Source of the DNA: Escherichia coli
GTDB taxonomy: Bacteria > Pseudomonadota > Gammaproteobacteria > Enterobacterales > Enterobacteriaceae
Assembly: GCF_044324875.1 (NCBI RefSeq)
Contig: NZ_CP172185.1
Direction: 5' to 3' (one strand)
Length of the DNA stretch: 64,000 nt
Shown: positions 36,221 through 46,367 of the stretch, in pieces
How the letters are laid out: every line of letters begins with the position of its first letter
Position numbering within the stretch: position 1 is the first letter of the stretch
Made by a program: the position numbers and the translations under genes
The notes under the pieces: generated by a model
Told to the model about the DNA's origin: nothing
The model's input: the letters and a program-made list of their open reading frames with translations, nothing else
Database searches by the model: none

Positions 36221-37075
36221 TTAAATAGAGGCTGCGGGTTGCAGACTGACTTTAATGTCAGCTGGTGTCGCGTAATAAGGCGCGGAGGTAATAAAAAGGC
36301 GAATGCCGCAGTCGAGGTAATTTTTGAGTGTTGTCAGATTAATTCCACCGGTCAGAGCCAGCGTGCAGTGAGGAGCCAGCGACGGTGCTATTTGCGCAAT
36401 TTCAGTTGCCTGTTGCGGACTAAATTTGTCGAGCTGAAGTACGTCTGGTTGCGCGCGTAACGCGGCGATTGCCTCTTTCGGCGTGTCGGCTTCAACAACT
36501 ATTTTCTTCTCGGGTGCGTGGCGACGTAACTGATTGATTGCGCCTGACCAGTCCTGATTGTCATGAAGAAAATGACGGTGGTTGGCAAACAATAATATGG
36601 TTTCCGCACATCCGGCACGATGAATCAGTCCTCCGGCAGCCAGAATTGCCTGCGAGGCCAGTAAGCGGGTGCCCGGAATCGCTTTTCGGGTGCAGGCGAT
36701 ATTGCCATCAGGGTAACGTTCACGAAGTAACGCCAGCATTTGAGCGAGATAATCAGAAACACCGCAACTCCACTCCAGCACATTCTGGACTGCCTTCCAT
36801 CCCTGATGAAGTGCTGCGGCATTACCCTGCGCACGGATTAGCCGCTGACGCGCGTTCGCTTGTGAACCGTCGCTGACCGCGTCATCAATAGTTAATCCCA
36901 GCGTAGTTAACATCTTACACGCGACAGAAATTCCGCTGACGCAGCCGCCCTGACGGTGAAAAAACTCTATATAGCCATGCTGGTGTCCAATATTTAATGC
37001 TCGCGTGGTCAGGTCACCGCCCTGGATATCTTCCAGAAGTAACGCATCGATTTGTGCCTGAGAAAGGAAAATCAT
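36221..37075 (-). CDS. ModD-like protein (quinolinate phosphoribosyltransferase fold), 284 aa
   Basis: Family assignment from sequence resemblance recalled from memory; not searched. Confidence 0.55.
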   Translation of the reverse strand: MIFLSQAQIDALLLEDIQGGDLTTRALNIGHQHGYIEFFHRQGGCVSGISVACKMLTTLGLTIDDAVSDGSQANARQRLIRAQGNAAALHQGWKAVQNVLEWSCGVSDYLAQMLALLRERYPDGNIACTRKAIPGTRLLASQAILAAGGLIHRAGCAETILLFANHRHFLHDNQDWSGAINQLRRHAPEKKIVVEADTPKEAIAALRAQPDVLQLDKFSPQQATEIAQIAPSLAPHCTLALTGGINLTTLKNYLDCGIRLFITSAPYYATPADIKVSLQPAASI

Positions 37076-37884
37076 CGCAGTGCCTCTTGCGGTACGCTAT
37101 CCCACCAGATGAGCGCCCAGTCGCGGCTGGCAGGGGCGAGGGCACGAGCATCTTGTTGTTGATACCAGCGATATAACCGCTCACGCTCATCGTCGTTAAG
37201 TGCGCCCAGACTCCAGCTGACGTTCTGCTCAAAACGTTCCCAGGTGCTGTTATCCTGTTGGCAATTTTGTCCACGGATAAAATCAACGTGAGCATAAATT
37301 CCCATCTGATACAGGACGTTGAGCGCAAAGATATAGTTGGGTAATTCGATCACTTCCCGACCAGCCGCCCGCTGAATGGCTGGAGAGACGAACGAGGTGC
37401 TGACCAGATGAGTCGTATAGACGCGAAGCCGTGCCTGATTATTCAGTTTGCTCATTGCCTGGCGCATATCAGCCACCAGAGTGGAGCGGGAAGCCACGGC
37501 AATATCGCAGCGTGGCAGGTCACTCCAGTCCTCTTCCCAGGCGCGCTGGATCCAGTGGACATTGTCTGCCTTTAGCGCGGCGGCGCGACGGGCGGCAACC
37601 TTCAGCATCCCCTGACTGTAATCAACGCCATAAATCGTCGTGAGTTTGTCAGCCAGCGCCAGCGATACGGTACCCGGTCCGCAGCCCATATCGAATAAGG
37701 TCTGCGCGCCTTGCAGATCAATTTTAGCGGTCAGTTGTTGCAGGTAGCTGTCCGTAGGCGAGGCGCAATTTTCCGCCATTTTTTCCGCCCGTTGATCCCA
37801 GTGATCCGGCGTTTTTTCTGTGCGGTGGGCCAGTTTGAGTTGCTGCAGGTAAAGGTCCGCAAAATCAATATCATCAATGAGCAT
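37072..37884 (-). CDS. class I SAM-dependent methyltransferase (270 aa)
   Basis: Motif I-like DMGCGPGT; overlaps the ModD-like gene start by 4 bp. Confidence 0.65.
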   Translation of the reverse strand: MLIDDIDFADLYLQQLKLAHRTEKTPDHWDQRAEKMAENCASPTDSYLQQLTAKIDLQGAQTLFDMGCGPGTVSLALADKLTTIYGVDYSQGMLKVAARRAAALKADNVHWIQRAWEEDWSDLPRCDIAVASRSTLVADMRQAMSKLNNQARLRVYTTHLVSTSFVSPAIQRAAGREVIELPNYIFALNVLYQMGIYAHVDFIRGQNCQQDNSTWERFEQNVSWSLGALNDDERERLYRWYQQQDARALAPASRDWALIWWDSVPQEALR

Positions 37885-37893
37885 GATTGTTCC

Positions 37894-38652
37894 TTAGTGG
37901 CTAATTGCAGAGAGGTGATGATGAATCTGGTCGGCAGAAACCCGATACAGGGCAGCCAGTTTGTTCGTTGTTAACTGTTCGGTCGGTAAGCCTTGTGTTA
38001 CTCGTCCATCTGGCTCTACCTGGATAATGCTGTCGGCAATGGCGTTGGCATGGAGCGGATGATGAGTCGACATTAGCATTGTCATGCCGTTATTTTTGAG
38101 CTGCGCCAGCGTGTCCAGTAGTTGGATCTGATGACCGAAATCGAGGCTGGAGGCAGGCTCATCCAGTAATAACAAGCGCGGTTGCTGGACGAGTGCACGG
38201 GCGATTAAAGCCAGCTGACGTTCACCGCCGCTAAGCGTATTCCAGCGTCGTGTCGCCAGATGCAAAATGCCCAGCTTTTCCAGTTGCTCCGTTGCTTTCA
38301 GGCGTTCTTGCTTACCGGGAACGGAAAAAGCGCCTATGGTGGGGGCCAGGCCCATCAACACCATATCCAGCACACTAAAAGCAAAAACGCCGTCGTGCGC
38401 CTGCGGCACCCAGGCAATAGCCTGCGCGCGTTGGCGATGGCTGAGTGTCTGCACAGGGAGGCTATCCAGTAAGATCTCGCCTTTTCATAACGGTATAACG
38501 CCAAGAATGGAGCGCATGAGTGTGGTTTTGCCGCAACCATTGGCTCCTAACAGACAACAAATTGTTCCTTGCGACAGGGTGAAGGACACGTCGCGTAGCA
38601 CCGGATGGCGGGAGTAACCCAGAGACGCATGACGGACGGCAAGCAAAGTCAC
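37894..38652 (-). pseudogene. FepC/FecE-type ABC transporter ATPase interrupted by an in-frame TGA (stop at 38485..38487)
   Basis: Walker A GANGCGKTT upstream of the stop; ABC signature LSGGERQ, Walker B LLLLDEP and H-loop downstream, same frame. Confidence 0.8.
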
Positions 38653-39629
38653 TGGCGACCTCCGCGTAACAACAAAAACAGGAAAAACGGTGCACCAACA
38701 AAAGCGGTCAGAATGCCAAGTGGGATTTCTGTTGTTCCAATGCTGCGTGCCAGCGTATCGGTAAGCAGGAGCAGAATCGCGCCAGTACACATTGCCATGG
38801 GCAACAGCTGCTGATGGTTATGACCGGTCAACAAGCGAGCAATGTGCGGAACGACCAGGCCGACCCAACCAATTATGCCCGCTATTGCTACCGTGCTGGC
38901 GGTGATTAGTGTGGCGCAGACAATTAATCCAAAGCGCAGACGTGTCACGTTCAGTCCCAGCGAACGGGCTTCGTCGTCGGAAAGCGTGAGTAAATTCATG
39001 CGCCAGCGGAGAAAAAACAGGGGCAAGGAGCCTATGAGAATGATCGGTGCAGCATAGCAGAGATCGCGTAAGGTCACGGTGGACAGCCCCCCCAGCAACC
39101 AGAAGGTAATTGACGGTAACTGGGTGTAAGGATCGGCCAGCGTTTTTATTAGCGATATCCCCGCTCCGCACAACGTTCCTAACGCAATGCCTACCAGCAC
39201 CAGGGTTAAGATCGGATCGTGGCGGGTCACCCGACGCGTAATCAACCAGACGCCCGCGACCACCATCAGCCCGCCGCAAAATGCGTACAGCTGGATGTAA
39301 ACAATGGATAATCCCCACAGGATTGCCGCGCAGGCACCAAGTCCGGCACCGGCGGAGACGCCTAAAATATCCGGTGACACTAAGGGATTACGGAACATTC
39401 CCTGATAGGTGGTTCCGGCCCCTGCCAGCGCCGCGCCCAGAAACAGCGCAGCAAGAATACGCGGCACGCGGATTTGCCAGAAGACAATTTGTTCCTGCAC
39501 AGGAACATTTTCTTGACGAAGAATGAGCGCCAGCAGTTGCTGTATATCGAGATGATAAGCCCCACTTACGGCGGCAAAAGTGATACTGATAGCTGCCAGC
39601 AGCAAAATACATCCGTTTACGGTTCTCAT
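38649..39629 (-). CDS. FecCD-family ABC permease (326 aa)
   Basis: Polytopic membrane protein, typical FecCD/BtuC-like sequence; stop overlaps the ATPase start (GTGA). Confidence 0.85.
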   Translation of the reverse strand: MRTVNGCILLLAAISITFAAVSGAYHLDIQQLLALILRQENVPVQEQIVFWQIRVPRILAALFLGAALAGAGTTYQGMFRNPLVSPDILGVSAGAGLGACAAILWGLSIVYIQLYAFCGGLMVVAGVWLITRRVTRHDPILTLVLVGIALGTLCGAGISLIKTLADPYTQLPSITFWLLGGLSTVTLRDLCYAAPIILIGSLPLFFLRWRMNLLTLSDDEARSLGLNVTRLRFGLIVCATLITASTVAIAGIIGWVGLVVPHIARLLTGHNHQQLLPMAMCTGAILLLLTDTLARSIGTTEIPLGILTAFVGAPFFLFLLLRGGRQ

Positions 39630-40651
39630 TAGCTCGTCACCAATTTTTGATAGTCGGCGTCACTTAATGGGCAATGCCAGAACAGTTGGGCGTAATGCTG
39701 CATGTCACTTTTAAACTGGCGATTGATGGCGGGATCCAGCCAGGCGTGAAGTCTGCGTAATCCCAGAAGACGGTTGATTCCCGGCGGGGCATCCAGCCAG
39801 CCAAAGGGCAGGCCACTTAAAAATAAGATGCGTTGTTCCGCAACCGCTTTCACGCCCTGCCAGAGAGGATCACGACGAATAAAATCTGCAGTAACGGCCT
39901 CCTGAACCAGAATAATATCCGGCTGCCAGCGCAGGAGATTTTCCATGGAAACCTGTGTCAGACCGTGGCGATCGGCTATTTGCGCGACGTTATGCAAACC
40001 TAATAATTCCGCCGCCTCGGTATGCAACGAACCCTGTAAGCCCGTTTCCAGCCCTCGAGGACCGCGCGCAGCATAAAAGCTGAGGTTAGCGGCGGGTGAG
40101 GTGGCGAATGCCTGAGCTTCACCAACGAAGCGGCTGGCGAGATTGGCTTGTTCTGCGGCGCGGTGCTCTTCGCCTAACGTTTTGCCAAGCGTTGTTAACT
40201 GTTCTGCTGATTGTTCCAGTTTCCCGTTAAGCAATAACCAGGGTATTTGTGTCTGTTCGCTAACCTGCCGTGCCTGGGAGATCCAGGTTTCATCCGTATT
40301 GCCGCAATCAACGACCAAATCGGGATGTAACGCCATAAGCCCTTCCAGCGAGAGTGTGCTGGCGCGCCCGGCGAGTCGTCCCAGCCTGGGTAACTGGCGA
40401 ATGTGCTCTGGCAATGGAATTAATGCCTGACGGGCAAAATCAAAAGAGGAAAAACCGACCATTTTTTCTGGCGCGACAGCCAGCAATAGCAAATCGGCGG
40501 GCGCACCTGCGCTGACGATGCGTGTAATGTTTTGGGCTTCGGGAAGCGTCAGTGAGGCCCAGAATTTGACTGATTGTGCAAAAGAAGGCAGATGATGCAG
40601 GAACAACGTCGACGCAAGAATCTGTGTAAACCTCCGTCTGGTTAGTGACAT
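39629..40651 (-). CDS. periplasmic substrate-binding protein (cluster A-2 siderophore/cobalamin-type) with Tat signal (340 aa)
   Basis: N-terminal RRRFTQ twin-arginine motif; first gene of the operon. Confidence 0.75.
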   Translation of the reverse strand: MSLTRRRFTQILASTLFLHHLPSFAQSVKFWASLTLPEAQNITRIVSAGAPADLLLLAVAPEKMVGFSSFDFARQALIPLPEHIRQLPRLGRLAGRASTLSLEGLMALHPDLVVDCGNTDETWISQARQVSEQTQIPWLLLNGKLEQSAEQLTTLGKTLGEEHRAAEQANLASRFVGEAQAFATSPAANLSFYAARGPRGLETGLQGSLHTEAAELLGLHNVAQIADRHGLTQVSMENLLRWQPDIILVQEAVTADFIRRDPLWQGVKAVAEQRILFLSGLPFGWLDAPPGINRLLGLRRLHAWLDPAINRQFKSDMQHYAQLFWHCPLSDADYQKLVTS

Positions 40652-40924
40652 AAGTTATATCCTGATAATTAAAACCGCTATATATTTACATATATATCGA
40701 AAAAAATCATGTTTGATGTCAAAATTTGTCTAAAGAGACAGAATGATTTGCTTGTTGCTTAAATAACACTTTGTTCCACAAGAAAATTGTCAGGGAGAAT
40801 GGCGGAGTGGCAAAAAATATAAATAGAGGTGTAATGATTAACAAATTGATAAAATAAAATTAAAATCTTCTCTGATAAAAGAAAATAAAGGCATAGACCG
40901 TAGAATGGGGGGCATTTCGTGGCG

Positions 40925-40967
40925 AAAAAAGAGCAATGCCAATTTTATGCACATAATGGCATTGCTC
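40925..40967 (-). terminator. terminator-like hairpin downstream of treA
   Basis: 11-bp stem gagcaatgcca / tggcattgctc with long loop, plus-strand A6 upstream. Confidence 0.45.
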
Positions 40968-40981
40968 GATATACAGCAAAG

Positions 40982-42679
40982 TTAAGGCGTAGGTTCCGCC
41001 TCTTTTTGTTTTACCGGCTGTGTTGTTGATTCACTGAGTGGACGCGTCGCCGGAACATTGTCACACGGTTGCTCTTTCGGGCAGAGCAAATCCAGCATTT
41101 TCAGCGTCACGCCATTGGTCCAGCCAAAGCCATCCTGTAATGGATATTCGCCACCGCCGCCCCCTGTTCCGGTGGTGCTGACATCATATTTCTCGACCAG
41201 CTTCTTCTCCCGGTCATAAGTGTGCTGAACATTGGTCAGGAAGTGCCAGCTAATGTCCATCGCCACCTCGTTCTGCCCGTAGTTTTGCAACCCTTCTGTC
41301 GCCACCCATTGCAGGGGAGCCCAGCCATTTGGCGCATCCCATTGCTGTCCACTTTTCACCGACGTGGTGTTCAGGCCGCCTGGTTGCAGCAGATGTGTTT
41401 TCGTCGCCGTCGCCATTTTGTTGGCGCGATCTTTCGCTGCCGCATTGACGTACAGCGGGAACAGGGCGGCAGCGGTTAACTGATTGCGCACTTTATGACT
41501 TTTCAGGTCGTAATCGGCATACCAGCCTTGTTGATCGTTCCACAGGTATTTTTCGATCCCTTTTTGACGGGCATTCGCCAGCGTTTCGTACTGGTTTGCC
41601 ATCGCGTTATCTCCGGAAGCTTTGCTGGCGCGGGCGAGGATTTTTTCCATTTTAAACATCAGGCTGTTCAGATCGACCGGTACGATGCTGGTGGTGCGTA
41701 AGGTATTTAACTGCTGCGGATTGTCCATCCAGCGCGAGCTGAAATCCCAGCCAGACGCAGCGGCAGAGCGCAGGTCGCGGTAAATTTCAGTGGCAGGTCG
41801 ATTCGGATTGCTTTTGGCGGTGGCAATATCTTCCACCCATGACTCTGGTCGTGGCGTATCGCGATCGTCCCAGTAGCGGTTGAGAAGGGTACCATCCTGA
41901 AGTTTTACAACGCGTTTTTCCTGTTGTCCGGCTTGCAGGTTTTCAACACCGTCCATCCAGTAAGCATATTCTTTTTGCATTTGCGGCAGGTATTGCTTCA
42001 ACGCGGCATCGCCTTCATGCTGCGCCAGTAACTCTACCATCAGGGCAAAGAAGGGCGGCTGCGAGCGACTTAAATAGTAACTGCGGTTGCCGTTGGGAAT
42101 ATGACCGTAAGTGTCTATTTCATGAGCAAAATTGGCCACCATATCCGCGACTTTATCCCAGTGACCGCTTTCGGCAAGCCCCAGCATGGTGAAGTAACTG
42201 TCCCAGTAATACACTTCGCGAAAACGTCCTCCCGGCACGACATAGGGTTCCGGTAACGGCAACAGAGAATCCCATTTCTCGGTACTTTCGGTAGAACGGG
42301 TTAACACCGGCCAAAGTCCGTCTATATGTTCGCGTAGTGATTGCCCCTCTGGCGGAACATATTTCTCGCCCTCTTTCGGCAGGGTGAAATTGACGTTAAC
42401 GAAATGGCGCAGATCAAATCCGCTCTGGTTTTGCTGCATCCGATAATCAGCAAGGATCATCAGCGGATCGCTGTTCGGCACGGCATCGGCAAAGGTTTTT
42501 TGGTCCGGAAAAAGTTTGGCGTTTTGCACATCATTAAACAGCGGCCCTAATAAAATATCAGGCGGCTGTGGCGTTACCGGTGTTTCTTCTGCCTGCACCG
42601 ATAGCGCAGCGAAACACAAAAAGATGCAGGTTGGAATTAACGCCATTTTTAGCGGGCGAGAAGCTGCGGGGGATTTCAT
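40982..42679 (-). CDS. treA: periplasmic trehalase TreA (565 aa)
   Basis: Recognisable full-length sequence. Confidence 0.95.
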   Translation of the reverse strand: MKSPAASRPLKMALIPTCIFLCFAALSVQAEETPVTPQPPDILLGPLFNDVQNAKLFPDQKTFADAVPNSDPLMILADYRMQQNQSGFDLRHFVNVNFTLPKEGEKYVPPEGQSLREHIDGLWPVLTRSTESTEKWDSLLPLPEPYVVPGGRFREVYYWDSYFTMLGLAESGHWDKVADMVANFAHEIDTYGHIPNGNRSYYLSRSQPPFFALMVELLAQHEGDAALKQYLPQMQKEYAYWMDGVENLQAGQQEKRVVKLQDGTLLNRYWDDRDTPRPESWVEDIATAKSNPNRPATEIYRDLRSAAASGWDFSSRWMDNPQQLNTLRTTSIVPVDLNSLMFKMEKILARASKASGDNAMANQYETLANARQKGIEKYLWNDQQGWYADYDLKSHKVRNQLTAAALFPLYVNAAAKDRANKMATATKTHLLQPGGLNTTSVKSGQQWDAPNGWAPLQWVATEGLQNYGQNEVAMDISWHFLTNVQHTYDREKKLVEKYDVSTTGTGGGGGEYPLQDGFGWTNGVTLKMLDLLCPKEQPCDNVPATRPLSESTTQPVKQKEAEPTP

Positions 42680-42997
42680 CAATCATTCTCCTTTGGCGAA
42701 ACCGAATAAAACGGTATTCAAGTATCAGAAAACCTTAGTTCAGGATCGCACTAGCTGCATGATCGAAATCTCATTCTGCGAACGGTCAGGCATTTTAGAA
42801 AAGGGAATTAAAGGGATAAATAACGTCGAAATAGAGTGAACAAATAACGTCTGTTTGTTAGCCAGCCAGCGGCGTTGGGTTCGCGATTAGCGAAGAAAAA
42901 TCATCACAAATTGGTGAAAAATATAACAGGTAGTTAAAAACATCCGTGCAGAGTAAATAGCCGGATGACATCAGAACGATGCCATCCTAACTGTGGT

Positions 42998-44416
42998 TTA
43001 ACCCTGACGGCTGAAACGTTGCGTTTTAACGTCCAGCGTTAGCGTTTCTTCTGGTTGTATCGCATACAGTTTCTCACCCTGCTGGCAAATCCAGCCAATC
43101 CCCAGTTCACGGGCGATCAGGGCGCTGTGGGATAGCGGACTTCCGGCGCTAAGGCAGATACCTTTTACAACCGCCGGATCCAGTTGCAGTATTGTGGAGG
43201 GATAGATGTTCTCCGCCAGTAGAATAGTTGGCGAGTTAAACTGCGGGAGTTCTTCTTTCGTTTGGGTCAGGTGGACCAGGGTGCGATGCAGAAGATCGTC
43301 CACATCAATATAGCGAGCCTGTAGATATTCATCATCCAGTTGCTGGTATTGCTGGCTAAGTTCTTTAAGAACTTGCTGCCAGGCATATTCTGCCGTGCAA
43401 TGTTCATGCTGAAGGAGTTCGCTTGCCGCTGCCAGCAGTTCCGGATCATCTAACAGTGTATGGTGACCAGAAAAGATTGCGGCAATATCGTCAAGCCCGC
43501 TGGCTTCTGCTTTCGCTGTTAACGTCATCAGATCTAATAACGTGAAGTCAATGGCCTGGCGTAATCGTTCTTGTTCTTCATCCACGGTCAGGGTTGATTT
43601 TGCCTGTACCGTACATAAAACCGGTTGATAATAAAAGGTTTTACCCGAAACAGGCGGAACGGGACGCAGAATAGGTGGAGCAACTTCCTCCGTTTCACCA
43701 AAGTTATCTTCAGCCAGCTGACGGAAAGCGATCAGTGCCTCTTCAGCTTCTGGCCCTTTCGCAATCAGGCGCAGCGTATCGTTATAGCGAACTTGTAGTA
43801 ACGCAATCTGGTTAATACTCTCCGGTGTGACGCATTTGCCGTTTTTCTCCAGCAACATATCGGCATTAAATGTCGATAAGGTATAAACCAGCCGGGAGGC
43901 CGGACGTACATGCAGGCCGTTACGGTTTTTAATGACCACCGCCAGAGAACGGGCTTCTTCATCGTAGGCAGGACATGACTCAGAGATTTCAGTGTCGGAG
44001 GAGGGTAAACCCAGTTGTTCACGTTTGGCTTCCAGCGCATGCATGGCGTCAAAGATAACTTTGTCGATATCCGCCCCCGAGGCCGCGCTGACCGTTGCTG
44101 CCAGTGTACCTTCGACCAACGGCGCAGCACACAAACGTACTTTTGCGGCGATCTCGGGAGCCAGCAATTCCAGCGCAGTTTCAGCACTCAATAATGCGCT
44201 ACCCATATCCATCATGACCAGCACATGGTCGGCATCGGCAACAGATTCGATGGCCTCCATCACTTTGACGGCATCGGTACCAATGGGATTTTGTGGATCG
44301 TCAATTCCCGCGGCAATGGCGATTTTACAACTATCACTCATTAACATCTGACGGGCTAATTCACCGACACCTTCTCCCAGTCGGCTGCTATGTGAAACTA
44401 TGACCAGGTTTACCAT
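42998..44416 (-). CDS. dhaM: dihydroxyacetone kinase phosphotransfer subunit DhaM (472 aa)
   Basis: Recognisable sequence (EIIA-like, HPr-like, EI-like modules). Confidence 0.9.
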   Translation of the reverse strand: MVNLVIVSHSSRLGEGVGELARQMLMSDSCKIAIAAGIDDPQNPIGTDAVKVMEAIESVADADHVLVMMDMGSALLSAETALELLAPEIAAKVRLCAAPLVEGTLAATVSAASGADIDKVIFDAMHALEAKREQLGLPSSDTEISESCPAYDEEARSLAVVIKNRNGLHVRPASRLVYTLSTFNADMLLEKNGKCVTPESINQIALLQVRYNDTLRLIAKGPEAEEALIAFRQLAEDNFGETEEVAPPILRPVPPVSGKTFYYQPVLCTVQAKSTLTVDEEQERLRQAIDFTLLDLMTLTAKAEASGLDDIAAIFSGHHTLLDDPELLAAASELLQHEHCTAEYAWQQVLKELSQQYQQLDDEYLQARYIDVDDLLHRTLVHLTQTKEELPQFNSPTILLAENIYPSTILQLDPAVVKGICLSAGSPLSHSALIARELGIGWICQQGEKLYAIQPEETLTLDVKTQRFSRQG

Positions 44417-44426
44417 CACCAATTCC

Positions 44427-45059
44427 TTACTCTTTTGCGGCTAACGCCAACATTTGCATCATAAACATCACCGAGGTCGCACCGGGGTCCTGGTGACCAA
44501 TACTGCGTTCACCGAGATAACTGGCGCGGCCTTTGCGGGCTTGCATCGTAATCGTACTTTGTGCAGCGGATTCGGCGATGCTACTGGCAGCTTCGAGCGC
44601 CGCCGGAACAGAGAGATTTTGCTCGCTGGACTGACGTAACGATTCCACCACCGGCACCCACACATCACACATGGTTTTATCGCCAGGTTCGGCTTTACCG
44701 CGACTGATTACGCCGTCCGCGCCATCGCGGAACATCTGATAAAGCTCTTCCAGCGTCAGGCTTTGCCGTGCCTGGGTCGCCTGTGCGGCGCGGATAAAGA
44801 AGGTACCGAAAAGCGGACCACTGGCACCACCGACGCTGGAAAGTAGCGTCATACCGGTATTCTTGAGAATGAAACCGATATCTTTATCTGCGATAGCAGG
44901 GAGTTTTTCCACCACTTTGCTAAAGCCTCGGTTCATATTTAGCCCGTGGTCAGCGTCGCCAATTTCGCGATCCAGTCCGGTAAGATACTCGCTCTCGGTG
45001 TTGAAAATATCGCCACAACGAGTGAGCCAGTTAACAATTTGAGTTCTGCTCAGTGACAT
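44427..45059 (-). CDS. dhaL: dihydroxyacetone kinase ADP-binding subunit DhaL (210 aa)
   Basis: Recognisable sequence; start at MSLSRTQIVN. Confidence 0.9.
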   Translation of the reverse strand: MSLSRTQIVNWLTRCGDIFNTESEYLTGLDREIGDADHGLNMNRGFSKVVEKLPAIADKDIGFILKNTGMTLLSSVGGASGPLFGTFFIRAAQATQARQSLTLEELYQMFRDGADGVISRGKAEPGDKTMCDVWVPVVESLRQSSEQNLSVPAALEAASSIAESAAQSTITMQARKGRASYLGERSIGHQDPGATSVMFMMQMLALAAKE

Positions 45060-45069
45060 TGCTTTCTCC

Positions 45070-46140
45070 TTATTTACCCCAGTTAAGGGCCGGGGTGTGG
45101 ACCGGGGCGTCCCAGAGTGCCAGCGTTTCGTCATCAACTTTCAGTAAGGTGATTGAGAAACCGGTCATATCCAGTGAGGTGCAGTACGCGCCAATTAAAT
45201 TACGTTCGATAGTCAATCCTGCTTGCTGGCAACGTGTGGTCAGGCGGTTATAGACGCCGTATAGCTCAGAAAGCGGAGTTGCGCCAAGATTGTTAACCAG
45301 CGCAATCACCCGATCGCCAGACTGGAGCGGTTGCTTAGTTTGTGGTTCTTCCTGCCAGCTGCCTTGTTGATAATCCCAGAAACGCAAAGTGCGATGGTAT
45401 GAGCCATTTTCCAGCAGGGTGTCGAACATTTCATCGACGGTTTGATCAAGGGAAGAGAAGGGACGGCGGTCAATACCTGGCTCACCATGAATGCCGACGC
45501 CAAACTCCATCTCATTGTCCGCCAGGGTAAAAGAAGGTTTGCCCGCGGCAGGAACGGTACAGGCACCGAGAGCAATACCTATTGAGTGGCCTTGATTATT
45601 CAACTTACGCCCCAGTTCCGCACAGGCGTCCAGTGAGTCGCCACGCTCCGCCGCTGCGCCTACGAGTTTTTCAATTAATACGGTGTTGGCAACGCCGCGC
45701 CGCCCGGCGGTATAAAGACTGTCTTTTACTGCAACGTCGTCATCAATGACCACAGTGGTCACTTTTACGCCGCTATCGTGCAGTAACTCGGTTGCTGTTT
45801 CGAAGTTAAGAATATCGCCGGTGTAATTTTTGATAATCAACAGTACACCTTCGCCGCCATCAATTTGCATGGCGCATTCAAAGATTTTATCGGGCGTCGG
45901 TGAGGTGAAAATTTCGCCCGGACAGGCCCCCGAAAGCATCCCCTGACCGATATAACCACAATGCATCGGCTCGTGTCCGCTACCGCCACCCGACAGCAGG
46001 GCGACTTTTCCTGCAACGGGGGCATCAGCTCGGGTGACATACACCGGATCCTGGTGCAGTATCAGCGATGGATGCGCTTTCGCCAGTCCTGCCAGTTGTT
46101 CGTCCAGTACGTCTTGCACATCATTGATCAATTTTTTCAT
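45070..46140 (-). CDS. dhaK: dihydroxyacetone kinase substrate-binding subunit DhaK (356 aa)
   Basis: Recognisable sequence; start at MKKLINDVQ. Confidence 0.9.
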   Translation of the reverse strand: MKKLINDVQDVLDEQLAGLAKAHPSLILHQDPVYVTRADAPVAGKVALLSGGGSGHEPMHCGYIGQGMLSGACPGEIFTSPTPDKIFECAMQIDGGEGVLLIIKNYTGDILNFETATELLHDSGVKVTTVVIDDDVAVKDSLYTAGRRGVANTVLIEKLVGAAAERGDSLDACAELGRKLNNQGHSIGIALGACTVPAAGKPSFTLADNEMEFGVGIHGEPGIDRRPFSSLDQTVDEMFDTLLENGSYHRTLRFWDYQQGSWQEEPQTKQPLQSGDRVIALVNNLGATPLSELYGVYNRLTTRCQQAGLTIERNLIGAYCTSLDMTGFSITLLKVDDETLALWDAPVHTPALNWGK

Positions 46141-46367
46141 TATTTTGCTCCAGCAATTACGGTAGGGCATGGATGATGTTCAACGACACGGCGACCACTG
46201 ACTGCCGATGAATCCATTGTGCATCAGGCAAGGGAAAAGAAAATTAGCCCAAATTATGTTTCATAGTGAAACATATTCTTTAATGAATGTTCCATATTGA
46301 AACTTTTACGTGTATTAATACTTAAAATTGCGAGCCGGAACACCTTTTGTCATAAGGGATGCGGGAT

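Noticed and set aside
38485-38487. Possibility that the in-frame TGA in the ABC ATPase encodes selenocysteine or is programmed readthrough
   Set aside because: The position falls in a region where ABC ATPases carry no catalytic Cys/Sec, and no SECIS-like stem-loop is evident immediately downstream; nonsense mutation or sequencing error is far more likely.
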